From: Thermoanaerobaculia bacterium | Lineage (GTDB): Bacteria; Acidobacteriota; Thermoanaerobaculia; Multivoradales; UBA5704 | Reading direction: 5' to 3' | DNA length: 64,000 nt | NCBI GenBank assembly: GCA_044226625.1 | Contig: JBGAGQ010000018.1 | Span: 1-64,000 of the forward strand | Shown here: positions 1 through 9,816 of the stretch, piece after piece | Position numbering within the stretch: position 1 is the first letter of the stretch | Layout of the letters: every line of letters starts with the position of its first letter | Program-made: the position numbers and the translations under genes | The notes under the pieces: generated by a model | Told to the model about the DNA's origin: nothing | Seen by the model: only the letters and a program-made list of their open reading frames with translations | The model's database searches: none

Positions 1-759
1 TGGTTCGTGGCGCCGAGGGTGGGCCTCTCCCGCCGGAACTTGACGATCGCCGAGGGGGAGACGGAGCTCGCTTCGTTCCGCGTCGGCAGCGCGCTCGCCG
101 GCTTCGACGTGGGGCGCGAGGTGTCCGATTGGGGAGAGCTTCGCGTGGGCGTCGAGCTCGAGCGTTTGCGGGCCGTCCCGCGGGCGGGGAGCGCGGGGCC
201 GGTGGTTCGGGCGCGCGACGGCCGGGCGTTCGCCCGATTCACCGTCGACCGTCTGGACGACGCGAGCTTTCCGCGCCGCGGGTTCGCGGGATCCTTCCTT
301 CTGAATCGCTCGTTCCCCGAGCTGGGCGCCGACGAAACCGCCAGCCGGGTCTCGATCGACTCCGAGCTCGCTCGCTCGTTCGGCGCCTACACCCTGGTCG
401 GGGGCCTCGAGCTCGGCTACTCCTTCGAAGAAGGGCTGCTCTTTCCACCGTACTCCCTCGGCGGCTTGTTTTCTCTCTCGGGATATCGACCGGGAGAGTT
501 CCCCGGGGACCGGGTCGCGCTCGCGCGCTTGATCGGCTACCGCCAGTTCACGACGCTCGGGCAAAAGTTTTATTTGGGGGGATCCTTCGAAGGCGGGAAA
601 ACCCACTCCGATCGGAGCGACCTCGGCACCGGCTCCCTACGCCTCTCCGGCAGCCTCTTCGCCGGTGTACGGACCTACTTCGGGCCCATCTACCTTGCGT
701 ACGGCCTGGGGGAGCACCAACGGCGGAACTACTACTTCTATTTGGGGCGGACGTTCTGA
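1..759 (+). CDS. C-terminal Omp85/BamA-type outer-membrane beta-barrel (5' partial), probably a PlpD-like patatin-POTRA-barrel protein
   Basis: Frame open from base 1; amphipathic beta-strands, DRLDDASFPRRG and LGGLFSLSGY motifs, C-terminal beta-signal YFYLGRTF. Confidence 0.7.
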   Translation, partial: WFVAPRVGLSRRNLTIAEGETELASFRVGSALAGFDVGREVSDWGELRVGVELERLRAVPRAGSAGPVVRARDGRAFARFTVDRLDDASFPRRGFAGSFLLNRSFPELGADETASRVSIDSELARSFGAYTLVGGLELGYSFEEGLLFPPYSLGGLFSLSGYRPGEFPGDRVALARLIGYRQFTTLGQKFYLGGSFEGGKTHSDRSDLGTGSLRLSGSLFAGVRTYFGPIYLAYGLGEHQRRNYYFYLGRTF

Positions 760-791
760 AATCTAAGCTTCACTGGTCTTGATCTGCACCC

Positions 792-1730
792 CTACTTGAG
801 CAGTAACGCCGCCACCACCGCGACCACGGCGACGAGGACCGCGACGCCGATCCAGACGAGCTTCTTGCTGCCCCCTTCGGTGGGGAGGTGCATGGTCTGG
901 AAATCGCGGATCTCCGAGAGGAGGCGAAGGCGGAGATCCTCCTCGAGAGCCCCGAGCTCGGCGAGCAGGGCGCTGACCGAGGCCGGCCGATCGTCCGGAT
1001 TGCGCGCGACAGAGCGCAGGACGAGCATGTCGAGGGAGGAGGGGACCTCGGCGTTCACGCCGCTCGGCAGGCCGAAATGGCTGCCCGGCGCTCGGCCGGT
1101 GAGCATCTCGTGGAAGATCGCGCCGGCCGAGTAAAGGTCGGAGCGGACGTCCGCCTTGGCGCGGGAATCGATCGCCTCGGGCGCCTGGTAATAGAGGGCC
1201 GAAAAAGTGATCTCGCTGGTCGCGATAGTGCCGGTGAGCGAGCTCGCCTCGGTGCGGCCGAGGCCGAAATCGGCGATCTTCACGGTCTGCAGATCGTCCG
1301 AAACGAAGACGTTGCGCGGCGTCAGGTCGCGATGGAGCACGCCGCGCGAGTGGGCGTGCTGGAGACCGCGGCAGATCCCTTTGAAGATCGTGATCGCCTC
1401 TTGGAGCGACAGGCGTCGCTCCTTGAGCAGAGCCTCGAGCGTCCGGCCGTTGACGAAGTCGAACGCGAGGTAGAACGTGTCGCCCTCACGGCCGGCGCGG
1501 TAGAGAGTGAGGACGTTCGGATGGTTGAGCGCGGCGATCGCCGCCGCTTCCCTCTCGAACCGCTCGGGGTCGGTGGCAGCCGCCGCGCGCGGCGGAAGGA
1601 TCTTGAGCAGCACCATTCCCGAACCGGTGGCGCCGACGCCGGAATAGAGCCGAGGCGCGCTCGCCGGACCGGCCGGGCCGATCGCTTCGAGGACCCGGTA
1701 GGGGCCGAGGGTGCGGGGTGCGTCGGACAT
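792..1730 (-). CDS. Hanks-type Ser/Thr protein kinase with C-terminal transmembrane anchor
   Basis: VLLK, FERE, HPNV, HRDLTPRN, KIADFG, APE, SDLYSAG motifs; hydrophobic C-terminus; start reassigned to ATG 1730 (MSDAPRTLGPY). Confidence 0.9.
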   Translation of the reverse strand: MSDAPRTLGPYRVLEAIGPAGPASAPRLYSGVGATGSGMVLLKILPPRAAAATDPERFEREAAAIAALNHPNVLTLYRAGREGDTFYLAFDFVNGRTLEALLKERRLSLQEAITIFKGICRGLQHAHSRGVLHRDLTPRNVFVSDDLQTVKIADFGLGRTEASSLTGTIATSEITFSALYYQAPEAIDSRAKADVRSDLYSAGAIFHEMLTGRAPGSHFGLPSGVNAEVPSSLDMLVLRSVARNPDDRPASVSALLAELGALEEDLRLRLLSEIRDFQTMHLPTEGGSKKLVWIGVAVLVAVVAVVAALLLK

Positions 1731-1759
1731 GTCTCTGGTCTCGATTTCAGGTCGGGAAG

Positions 1760-3043
1760 TCAGGCTCGATCGAGCTCGAAGACCAGGACGGTCTCGCCGA
1801 TCACGATGCGGTCGAAGGGACGGAGCAGGGCGGACGAGGCGGCCTGGCCGTTGACGCGTGTGCCGTAGCTGCTGCCGAGGTCGGTGAGCCGGTAGCCCTC
1901 CTCCGTCCACTCGATGCGAAGGTGCTCCTTGCTCGCGTTGACCTCGGCGAGCGAGAGCGTGGAGGAGCGCGAGCGCCCGACCGTCACCGGCTCGGCGCCG
2001 AAGGAGATCGATTTGCCGCGGTCCGCGCCGTCGGCGACGAAGAGGCGGGCCGGGGGAGGCCCGGTCGGTTCCTCCGATTCGATGCGGCGGGCGCGCGGCG
2101 CGAGATGGAGCGTGCGTTGCGGATAGGGGATCTCGATCCCTTCGCGCTTCAGGTCCTCCCAGATGCGATAGCGCAGATCGCTCTGGATGCGCGGAGCCTG
2201 GGCTACGTCGTCGACGAAGGTGCGCACCTCGTAGAGGATCGCCGAGTCGGCGAACTCGAGCAGATAGATCTCGGGCGCCGGATTTTCAAGCACGCCGCGC
2301 GTCGCGCGGGACGCCTCAAGGAGCGTTCTCCGCACGCGATAGGGCGGGGCGTCGTAGTGGGCGCCGACCACCGTCCGCACCATGTGCATGGTGTGGGGGT
2401 AGTAGAAGTTGAGGATCCGCTCGTCCGCCATCTTGATGTTCGGCACCACGATGTCGTCGTTGTTGCGGGTCCGGAGATGGGTGGTCCGCCAGTTGATCGC
2501 GACGACCCGACCCTCGTCGGTGCCGACCTTGATCCAGTCGTTGATCCGATACGGACGCTCGGCGCTGATCACCAGCCCGGCAAAGAAGTTGCCGAGGATC
2601 GGCTGGAGCGCGAGACCGAGGACCAGCGACGTGACCGCGCTCGTCGCGAGGAGCGGCGCGATGTCGAGCTTGGGGAACGTGATGCGCAGGGTGATCAACG
2701 CCGCGATCACATAGACCAGCAGCATCGTCACGGCTGGCAACATGTTCGGCAGCCGCAGCCCGCGCCGCGCGGGGAGGTGAACGTCGAAGAGATAAAGGCC
2801 GAGCAGCCGCAGCACGATCGCGATCAGCAGGAAAGCGAGCAGCCAGTTGCGCAGCGAGGCGGCGACCGGCGCGGCTTTGGAATCGACCCAGAGATACGAC
2901 TGAAGGGCGACGACGCCCGCCGCGACGATCAGCGGAAAGGAGACTTGGCGGACGAAGAAGGATTTGCGCGAGGCCGCGGCGATACCCACCACCAGGAGCG
3001 CGAAGAGAGCGACGCCGCCGAAGAGCGCGAGGAAGGGAAGCAT
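1760..3043 (-). CDS. MscS-family mechanosensitive channel fused to a C-terminal FHA domain
   Basis: N-terminal TM helices, GLALQPILGNFFAG, PYRINDWI, GIEIPYPQR (MscS); then VGR..S..H..DLGSSYGTRVNG..IVIG (FHA). Confidence 0.9.
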   Translation of the reverse strand: MLPFLALFGGVALFALLVVGIAAASRKSFFVRQVSFPLIVAAGVVALQSYLWVDSKAAPVAASLRNWLLAFLLIAIVLRLLGLYLFDVHLPARRGLRLPNMLPAVTMLLVYVIAALITLRITFPKLDIAPLLATSAVTSLVLGLALQPILGNFFAGLVISAERPYRINDWIKVGTDEGRVVAINWRTTHLRTRNNDDIVVPNIKMADERILNFYYPHTMHMVRTVVGAHYDAPPYRVRRTLLEASRATRGVLENPAPEIYLLEFADSAILYEVRTFVDDVAQAPRIQSDLRYRIWEDLKREGIEIPYPQRTLHLAPRARRIESEEPTGPPPARLFVADGADRGKSISFGAEPVTVGRSRSSTLSLAEVNASKEHLRIEWTEEGYRLTDLGSSYGTRVNGQAASSALLRPFDRIVIGETVLVFELDRA

Positions 3044-3058
3044 GATTGAAACTAGATT

Positions 3059-3652
3059 CTAGCCCGAAGCCACCTCGGCCCGGCGAAAACAGGAAAGCAG
3101 ATGGTCGTTGACGACCCCGACCGCCTGCAGGTAGGCGTAGATGATCGTTGGGCCGACGAAGCGAAAACCGCGACGCTTGAGGTCTTTGGAAATCCTCTCG
3201 GCGAGCGGAGTGACCGCCGGGACGTCCCGCAGCGTTTCGCGTTCGCTCGGGACCGGCCGGCCGTCGACGAAGCTCCAGAGGTACGCGGCGAAGGATCCGA
3301 GCTCCTTCTGAACGGCGAGAAACGCGCGGGCGTTGTCGATCGTCGACTCCACCTTGAGGCGGTTGCGAACGATCCCCGGATCGGCGAGGAGGCGTTCCAC
3401 GTCGGCCGGCCCGAAGCGGGCGACCTTCCGGGGGTCGAAGCCGGCGAACGCCTTCCGGTAGGCGGCGCGTTTGCGCAGGATGGTCAGCCACGAGAGGCCG
3501 GCCTGTGCCCCTTCGAGGGTCAGCATCTCGAACAGCAGCCGATCGTCATGGACCGGCACGCCCCAGTCGCGATCGTGGTACTCCACGTATTCGGGCGTTC
3601 CCAGGCACCAACCACAGCGAACGAGCTCGGTCGTCTTTCCGTCGTCTCTCAT
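3059..3652 (-). CDS. tag: DNA-3-methyladenine glycosylase I
   Basis: RCGW, YHDRDWG, LEGAQAGLSW, GIVRNRLK, FVGPT, NDHLLSC motifs. Confidence 0.95.
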   Translation of the reverse strand: MRDDGKTTELVRCGWCLGTPEYVEYHDRDWGVPVHDDRLLFEMLTLEGAQAGLSWLTILRKRAAYRKAFAGFDPRKVARFGPADVERLLADPGIVRNRLKVESTIDNARAFLAVQKELGSFAAYLWSFVDGRPVPSERETLRDVPAVTPLAERISKDLKRRGFRFVGPTIIYAYLQAVGVVNDHLLSCFRRAEVASG

Positions 3653-3696
3653 CGGCCGCGGAGGTTATCGCGTCCGGCGACGCGGCGCGCGAACTT

Positions 3697-6150
3697 TCAC
3701 TCCGCCCGGAGAACGCGACTCGGATCCATCCCGGCGGCTCGCCGGGCAGGAAAGAAGCTCGCGAGGAACGCGACCAGCGAAAGGAGCGCCGAGGTACCCA
3801 GGAGGGCCACCGGGTCGGCGGCCGGGACGCCGTAGAGCAGGCTCTGCGCGAAGTGTCCGACGGTCGTGCCCAGTCCGACCCCCGCGAGCAGGCCGATGCC
3901 GACGATCCAGAGCGCCTGGACCAGGATCAACCGGAGGACGGAGGGTGATCCCGCGCCGAGCGCCATGCGGATTCCGATCTCGCGTTGGCGAGCGCCGACC
4001 GCGAACGACATGACGCCATAGAGGCCGACCGCCGCGAGGACCAGCGCGAGGCCGCCGAAGAGCGCGAGCAGGAAGGCGCCCGCCTCGGGCGCCCAGAGGG
4101 AATCGGCGAGGAGGCGGCGAACCGGCTTCGCGACGGTGATCGGGAGATTGGGGTCGAAGGCATGGATCTCGCGCTCGACCGTGGAGACCAGGGAGAGCGG
4201 ATCGCCGGCGGTGCGGGCGAGCAGGGTGATCCCGCTCGCGTAGCGCTGCTCGTTCGGCACGTAGAGATAAGGCTGCGGATCTTCCCCCAGGGCGTTGTAT
4301 TTCGCGTCGCGGGCGATGCCCACGACTTCCGTCGGAGCGGTGTCGCCGTAGAAGCGGAAACGTTGGCCGATCGCGGAGGCGCCCGGCCAGAAGGTCTTCG
4401 CCATCGTCGCGTTGACGATCGCGACCGAGGCGCCGCCTTGTCGATCGGCCGACGTGAACGGCCGCCCGGCCGTGAGCGGTAGTCCGAGGGTCGCGAAATA
4501 GCCGGGGCCGATGCCGTTGACTTGAACCAGGGTCCCGCTCTTCTCGTTCTCTTGGCCCTCCAGGAAGACCGAACGGGCGAACGAGCCCTGCATCGGCCCC
4601 GCCTGGGCGACGGCGACCTCTTCGACGCCGGGCAGGGATGCCACGCGATCTTCGAGAGCGTGGATCGCCAGGCGGCCGCGCGTCGGATCGAGCCCGGCGA
4701 AGCCGACGTCGACCGATACCGCGAGCAGGCGGTCGACGGGATACCCGGGGTCGATCCGGCTGGCCGCGCCGAGCGAGCGGAGGAAAAGTCCTGCCGCGAT
4801 GAGGGCGGTGAGCGACAGGGCCACCTGCGCGGCCACCAGCGCGCCGCGGAGCCCCATGCGCCTCCCTGCCGCCGCCTGGGCGTTCGAGGCTCCCTTGAGC
4901 GCCGAGACCATCTCGGGCTTGACCGACGCGAGCGCCGGAGCGAGACCGAACAGCAACCCGGTGAGCAGCGCCACCGCGAGGGTGAACAGCAACACGCGCG
5001 GATCGAGCTCCAGCCCGAGGGCGGGGGTGACCGGGAACGGGAGCCTCGGCAACAGCGCCGCGAGACCGCGTTGCGCCCAGAGAGCGAGCAGGAGGCCGAA
5101 GGCGCCACCCAGGAGGGCGAGCACCAGGCTCTCGGTCATCAGCTGGCGGATCAGGCGGGCTCGCCCCGCCCCTTGCGAAAGCCGGATCGCGATCTCCCGT
5201 CGGCGCGCCGACGCCCGCGCGAGCAGCAGGTTCGCGACGTTCGCGCAGGCGATCAGCAGGACGATCCCGACGATCGAGAGGAGGAGGATCGAGGAGGCGA
5301 CCACGCCTTGCCGTCCGTTGCCGGGAAGCGTCGCCTCAGCGACCGGCGTCACTTCGACGCTGCGTCCTTTGTTGTCGTCCGGGTAGTCGCGCTCGAGGCG
5401 CGCCATGATCGATTTGAGATCGGCGCGCGCCTGGGCGACCGTCGCCCCCGGTTTGAGCTTGCCGATGCCGAAAATCGCGAGGCCCCGGCGCTCCTCGTAC
5501 CAGTTGAGGTCGGGGTTCGGCCGCAGGACCGCGTTCATCGCCATCGGCACCCAGAGCTCCGGCTGCACGCCGACGAACGGTCCCTGGAACCAGGAGGGGG
5601 CGATCCCGATCACGCTGAACGGCGTCCCGTTGATGCGGAGGGTGGCGCCGACCGCGGAAGGATCGGCTCCCATCCGACGCCGCCAGAAGGCGTCGGAGAT
5701 GACGGCGACCGGATGGGCCCCCGGCGCTCCGTCCTCCCCTGGGACGAACGTCCGTCCCCGCTCGGCGCGCACCGAGAGGAGATCGAAGTAGTCACCCGGC
5801 ACCATCTGCCCCACCAAGACTTCCGGGTCGCCCGTGGTGGCGACGCTCATCGGCGTCCAGTCGTAGCCGACCAGCCCGTCGAGCGTTCGGTTCTGGGCCC
5901 GCAGGTCCTTCCAGTTGAGATGGGAGAGGGGAGCCTTGCCGGGGTTCTTGGCGTCGACGGTCGAGATCGCGATCAGGCGGTCCACCTCCCGGAGGGGCAG
6001 CGGCCGCAGGAGGAGGGCGTCCACCAGGGAGAAGATCGTGGCGTTGGCGCCGATGCCGAGGGCGAGCGACAGGAGGGCGGCCACCGTGAAGCCGGGCCGG
6101 GCGCGCAACATTCGGAGCGCGAAGCGGACGTCGTGCGCGAGTCGGTCCAT
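3697..6150 (-). CDS. ADOP-family duplicated MacB/FtsX-type ABC permease
   Basis: DVRFALRML..PGFT..LALGIGANATIFS, LLIACANVANLLLAR, REIGIRMALGA; two MacB-PCD/FtsX repeats in 817 aa. Confidence 0.9.
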   Translation of the reverse strand: MDRLAHDVRFALRMLRARPGFTVAALLSLALGIGANATIFSLVDALLLRPLPLREVDRLIAISTVDAKNPGKAPLSHLNWKDLRAQNRTLDGLVGYDWTPMSVATTGDPEVLVGQMVPGDYFDLLSVRAERGRTFVPGEDGAPGAHPVAVISDAFWRRRMGADPSAVGATLRINGTPFSVIGIAPSWFQGPFVGVQPELWVPMAMNAVLRPNPDLNWYEERRGLAIFGIGKLKPGATVAQARADLKSIMARLERDYPDDNKGRSVEVTPVAEATLPGNGRQGVVASSILLLSIVGIVLLIACANVANLLLARASARRREIAIRLSQGAGRARLIRQLMTESLVLALLGGAFGLLLALWAQRGLAALLPRLPFPVTPALGLELDPRVLLFTLAVALLTGLLFGLAPALASVKPEMVSALKGASNAQAAAGRRMGLRGALVAAQVALSLTALIAAGLFLRSLGAASRIDPGYPVDRLLAVSVDVGFAGLDPTRGRLAIHALEDRVASLPGVEEVAVAQAGPMQGSFARSVFLEGQENEKSGTLVQVNGIGPGYFATLGLPLTAGRPFTSADRQGGASVAIVNATMAKTFWPGASAIGQRFRFYGDTAPTEVVGIARDAKYNALGEDPQPYLYVPNEQRYASGITLLARTAGDPLSLVSTVEREIHAFDPNLPITVAKPVRRLLADSLWAPEAGAFLLALFGGLALVLAAVGLYGVMSFAVGARQREIGIRMALGAGSPSVLRLILVQALWIVGIGLLAGVGLGTTVGHFAQSLLYGVPAADPVALLGTSALLSLVAFLASFFPARRAAGMDPSRVLRAE

Positions 6151-6293
6151 GGGGGCCTCCCGGGGCTGGGTTCTCCTCTGATTACGCCGGAGTGGCGGGG
6201 AGGTTACACATTTCTTCTCGAGGGGTGTCCAAAAAAGAACGCGAGCGGCAACCTTCTCTTGAGGAAAAAAAAGCGCTTCCCTTGTGAACGGCG

Positions 6294-7256
6294 ATGCCTA
6301 ACCCCCGTACTCTCGAATCGTTTTCGGACTCCCGCCCCGTTCGACGCGCGCCAAGCCGGTCCTATGGCGAGGCGAGCCCGGCGCTCTACGATCAGGCGTT
6401 CAACCGTGCGGGCGAGGTGCTCGCCGCCTGTTGGCTTCGCCTGGAGGGGGAGCGGAGCGACGCCGTCGGCCAGATCGCCCGGCTGCTCGATCTGCCCGCC
6501 GGGCAGCGCGGGCTGTTGGTGCGCAACAGCGAACGGTTGCGGACCTGGGGCGTCCTCGAGCGCTTGGTCGGTGCGGGTCGCAAGGCGCTCGCCGCGGAGC
6601 CGCCCGATCCTACGGCCGCCGAAGACCTGGCCTCGCTCGCCCTCGAGCTCGCCTCGGCGATCGATCCGGCGGTCTACCCGGACACCCATCGAATGGACCT
6701 CGAGGCGCGCGCTTGGGGTTGCCGCGCGCGAGCCCGGCAGCTCGCCGGCGACCTCGGAGGCGCCGAAGAAGCGCTGGAGACGGCCTACCGCCGCCTGCTC
6801 CAAGGGTCGCGCGACGGCTGGGAGCGGGCGGTGTGGTTGGAGCTCAAGTCGGGGCTGCGCCGGGCGCAAGGCCGTCTCCACGAAGCCGAGGCGACGCTTC
6901 GCCGCGCGACCGCGATCTTCCGCGAGATCGGCGACGACCGTCGGGCGGCGCGTTGTCTCACGGGTCTCGGCGAGGTGCATCGGCGGCTCGGACGTCCGAA
7001 GACCGCGGTGAGCTACACCGGGCAGGCGGTCGCCCTGTTGCGGGGCCATGAACCGGCGCCTCTCGCCGAGGCGTTGCGCGCGCAGCTCGCTTCGCTCTCC
7101 TCGGCCGGTCGGTGGTTCGAGGCGGGGCGAGTCTTCGCCGAGCTTTCGAGCCTCGCCCGGCGGCATCCCCAGCTCGGCATTCCGTTGGCCGACCTGCGGC
7201 CTCTGACGACGCCCGTCGCGTCGCCATCGCCGACCTCTCGCGCCCTGGTAGAGTAG
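6294..7256 (+). CDS. TPR-like helical repeat protein
   Basis: Ala/Leu-rich helical repeats (GDLGGAEEAL, QGRLHEAEATLRRA, LGEVHRRLGRPKTA). Confidence 0.6.
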   Translation: MPNPRTLESFSDSRPVRRAPSRSYGEASPALYDQAFNRAGEVLAACWLRLEGERSDAVGQIARLLDLPAGQRGLLVRNSERLRTWGVLERLVGAGRKALAAEPPDPTAAEDLASLALELASAIDPAVYPDTHRMDLEARAWGCRARARQLAGDLGGAEEALETAYRRLLQGSRDGWERAVWLELKSGLRRAQGRLHEAEATLRRATAIFREIGDDRRAARCLTGLGEVHRRLGRPKTAVSYTGQAVALLRGHEPAPLAEALRAQLASLSSAGRWFEAGRVFAELSSLARRHPQLGIPLADLRPLTTPVASPSPTSRALVE

Positions 7257-7356
7257 GGCCGCCCCGCGGCCGTCCGTTCGAGATTCGGAGGCCCGCCTTT
7301 CCGGCGGCTTCCCGCGAGATCCTCGGACCCCTCCGCGCGCTCCCGCCCGGCCCGAC

Positions 7357-8727
7357 ATGACCACGCCGACCCTGGACGAATTGGTGCTCCTGCCCGAGCC
7401 GGTGGCGCTCCAACGCCATTTCGACGCGCAGAACCAGCGCACCTTCCTCTGGCTGCTCGGGATCTGCGGCACCTGGTCGCTGCTCGGGCTGGCGGTCGCG
7501 ATCGGCCGTGGCGAAACGCTCGCGCCTGCCCTGTTCGGCCTGAACGTCTTCCTCTCCCTGATCCTTTTCGCCGCGCGGCAGGAGCCGTTCGTCTCGCGCT
7601 ACGTGCGCCAGATCATCCTGGGCTACGTCGCCTTCCAGCTCTTGATCCCGTTCGGCCTCCAGGCGGAGCGGTTCGAGCTTTCGATCGTCGGCGTGCTGCC
7701 GATCGCCATGATCTGGCTGCGCCTGCGGCCGACCGAGCACCTACTCCTATTCGGGGCGTCGTGGGTGGCGATGCTCTGGCGCGCCTGGTCCGGGGGGACC
7801 GCGCTTCCCGCCGCCGAGGTCCATCCGTGGCGGCTGGGACCGTTCGAGATCTCGGTCTCGGTCCTGGTGCTGGTCTGCCTGGGGGCGGCGCTCGGACTCA
7901 CGCGGCGCGAGAAGCTCACGTTCCTGGTCGGATTTCGGCGCGAATTCTCGCGCCAGCGCGAGCGGCAACGGATGCGCGACGAGATCGAGCAGGCACGGCG
8001 CGTCCAACTCAGCATGCTGCCGCAGCGCGCGCCCGACCTCACCTGGCTCGAGGTCGCGGCGGCGTCGCTCCCGGCGGCCGAGGTGGGGGGGGACTATTAC
8101 GAGTTCTTCCCGCTCGGCTCGCACCGGTTGGCGGTGGTCGTCGGCGACGTCGCCGGGCATGGGCTCGGATCCGGCCTGGTGCTCTCGGGTCTGCGCGCCT
8201 GTCTCTTCCTCCTCGAGGAGGACCTCGCCGAGCCGGTCCCCGTCTTCGAGCGGATCAACCGGATGATCCGCCGCACCTCGGGCAAGCGGTCGTTCGTCAC
8301 GCTCGCCTGCGCGGTGATCGACGGCGCGGGCCGGAGCGTCAAGGTGACCACGGCGGGGCATCCGCCGATCGTCCATTGGTCGCGCCGCAACCGTTCGGTC
8401 GAGGAAATCGGTCGGGGCTCGCCGCCGCTCGGCACGAATCTACCCACCCGTTTCGAGCTCGAAACCCGCGAGTGCCAACCGGGAGACTTGTTGATTCTCT
8501 ATACCGACGGCCTCATCGAAGCGCGCGATGCCGAGGGGCGGGACTACGGCGACCTCCGGCTCGCGCGCCTGGTCTCGGAGGTCGCCAATGCCGCGAGCGA
8601 GCGCAAGCCCCCGGCGCCGGTGACGGCGCGCGAGATGCGCGACGCGATCCTGGGCGACCTGTCGAACTTCAAGGGTGACAGCGAGCAGCTCGACGACATG
8701 ACGGTCGTCGTGCTGCGCATGCGGTAG
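7357..8727 (+). CDS. Membrane-bound PP2C/SpoIIE (RsbU-like) phosphatase
   Basis: Several N-terminal TM helices; ARRVQLSMLP, VGGDYY, GDVAGHG, AGHPP, LYTDGL, DDMT. Confidence 0.9.
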   Translation: MTTPTLDELVLLPEPVALQRHFDAQNQRTFLWLLGICGTWSLLGLAVAIGRGETLAPALFGLNVFLSLILFAARQEPFVSRYVRQIILGYVAFQLLIPFGLQAERFELSIVGVLPIAMIWLRLRPTEHLLLFGASWVAMLWRAWSGGTALPAAEVHPWRLGPFEISVSVLVLVCLGAALGLTRREKLTFLVGFRREFSRQRERQRMRDEIEQARRVQLSMLPQRAPDLTWLEVAAASLPAAEVGGDYYEFFPLGSHRLAVVVGDVAGHGLGSGLVLSGLRACLFLLEEDLAEPVPVFERINRMIRRTSGKRSFVTLACAVIDGAGRSVKVTTAGHPPIVHWSRRNRSVEEIGRGSPPLGTNLPTRFELETRECQPGDLLILYTDGLIEARDAEGRDYGDLRLARLVSEVANAASERKPPAPVTAREMRDAILGDLSNFKGDSEQLDDMTVVVLRMR

Positions 8728-8731
8728 CCGG

Positions 8732-9199
8732 CTAGCCGCCGAGGTGGACCAGGAGCTGCCGCTCCCTTCGGCCGCGGCGGTGCTCCCAGAGGAAGATCCC
8801 CTGCCAGGTGCCGAGACCCAGGCGGCCGTCGAGCATCGGAATCGACAGCGAGGTCGCGGTGAGCGCGGCCCGGATGTGCGAGGGCATGTCGTCCGGACCT
8901 TCCTCGGTGTGGGTGTAGAGGGGATCGTTCTCCGGCACCAGGCGCGCGAGAAAGCGCTCGAGATCGCGGCGCGCCGAGGGATCGGCGTTCTCCTGGATCG
9001 TCAGGCTCGCCGAGGTGTGGCGGAGGAACAGCGTGCAGAGTCCGCCGTGGCGAAGGGCTCCGTGCCGGTCGCCCGCTTGGGACGCGTGTTCGGCCTCGCT
9101 CCGGGCCTCCTCGACCATCTCGGCGACGGCCGCGGTCACAGGAAGGGTGATCTCGTGCAGACCCGGCCCGGCGATAGGAAGGTCGAGCGTCCGGATCAC
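8732..9199 (-). CDS. yjbQ: YjbQ / UPF0047 family protein
   Basis: HTSASLTIQENADP, HTEEGPDDMPSHI, LGTWQGIFLWEHR; GTG start at 9199 overlaps the upstream TGA (GTGA). Confidence 0.9.
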   Translation of the reverse strand: MIRTLDLPIAGPGLHEITLPVTAAVAEMVEEARSEAEHASQAGDRHGALRHGGLCTLFLRHTSASLTIQENADPSARRDLERFLARLVPENDPLYTHTEEGPDDMPSHIRAALTATSLSIPMLDGRLGLGTWQGIFLWEHRRGRRERQLLVHLGG

Positions 9200-9816
9200 C
9201 TCGGCTCCTCCGGCCGGCAGGCGCTCCAGCCGGCGTGCTCGGCCGTCGCGCGTCGTCTGCCGGTGGCGGGATCGTCGGGACAGGGCGGAGCGTGGAGGAC
9301 CCAACCCTTCGGAATCTCCGGGATCGGCAGCTCGAACGTGAAGTCCACGCCGTTCCTCTGGAGGGGCCGGCCCTGCACCTGGACCTCGCCGAGCAGGTCG
9401 ATTTCGACCGAGGTGCGGCCCGATAGCTCGACCTGATAGGTCACCGTTCGCGCCGAGATCTCGACGTCCGACTCGATCGTCGTCTCTTCGATCTCCGGCG
9501 CGTCGGACCCCTTCGGGGACTCCGGCAGAGTGAAAGTCAGGCGGTCGGCGCTCTTTTCGACGTGGCCGGGCGGGGAGGTCTCTCCCACGAACGAGGCGCC
9601 CTCCTGCAAGGTGACCGTATAGGAGCGCCCGGGGATCGGGTTCGAGAAGCGAAGGCGGATCTTCGGCGCTTTGGCGGCCGCGACCGTGCTGGCCGCTGGC
9701 GCGTCGGCGGGAGCCGGCTTCGCGGGGACCTCGGGCACCTGGCTCGCCGCGCAAGGGCTCGCGGTCGCGAGAGCCGCGCCGAGCAAGGCGTGGCGGAAGA
9801 GCGGGATGGCGATCAA
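9196..9816 (-). CDS. Hypothetical exported protein
   Basis: TTG start overlapping the MFS stop (TTGA); signal-peptide-like N-terminus, Pro/Ala linker, beta-rich domain; stop coupled to yjbQ. Confidence 0.5.
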   Translation of the reverse strand: MIAIPLFRHALLGAALATASPCAASQVPEVPAKPAPADAPAASTVAAAKAPKIRLRFSNPIPGRSYTVTLQEGASFVGETSPPGHVEKSADRLTFTLPESPKGSDAPEIEETTIESDVEISARTVTYQVELSGRTSVEIDLLGEVQVQGRPLQRNGVDFTFELPIPEIPKGWVLHAPPCPDDPATGRRRATAEHAGWSACRPEEPR

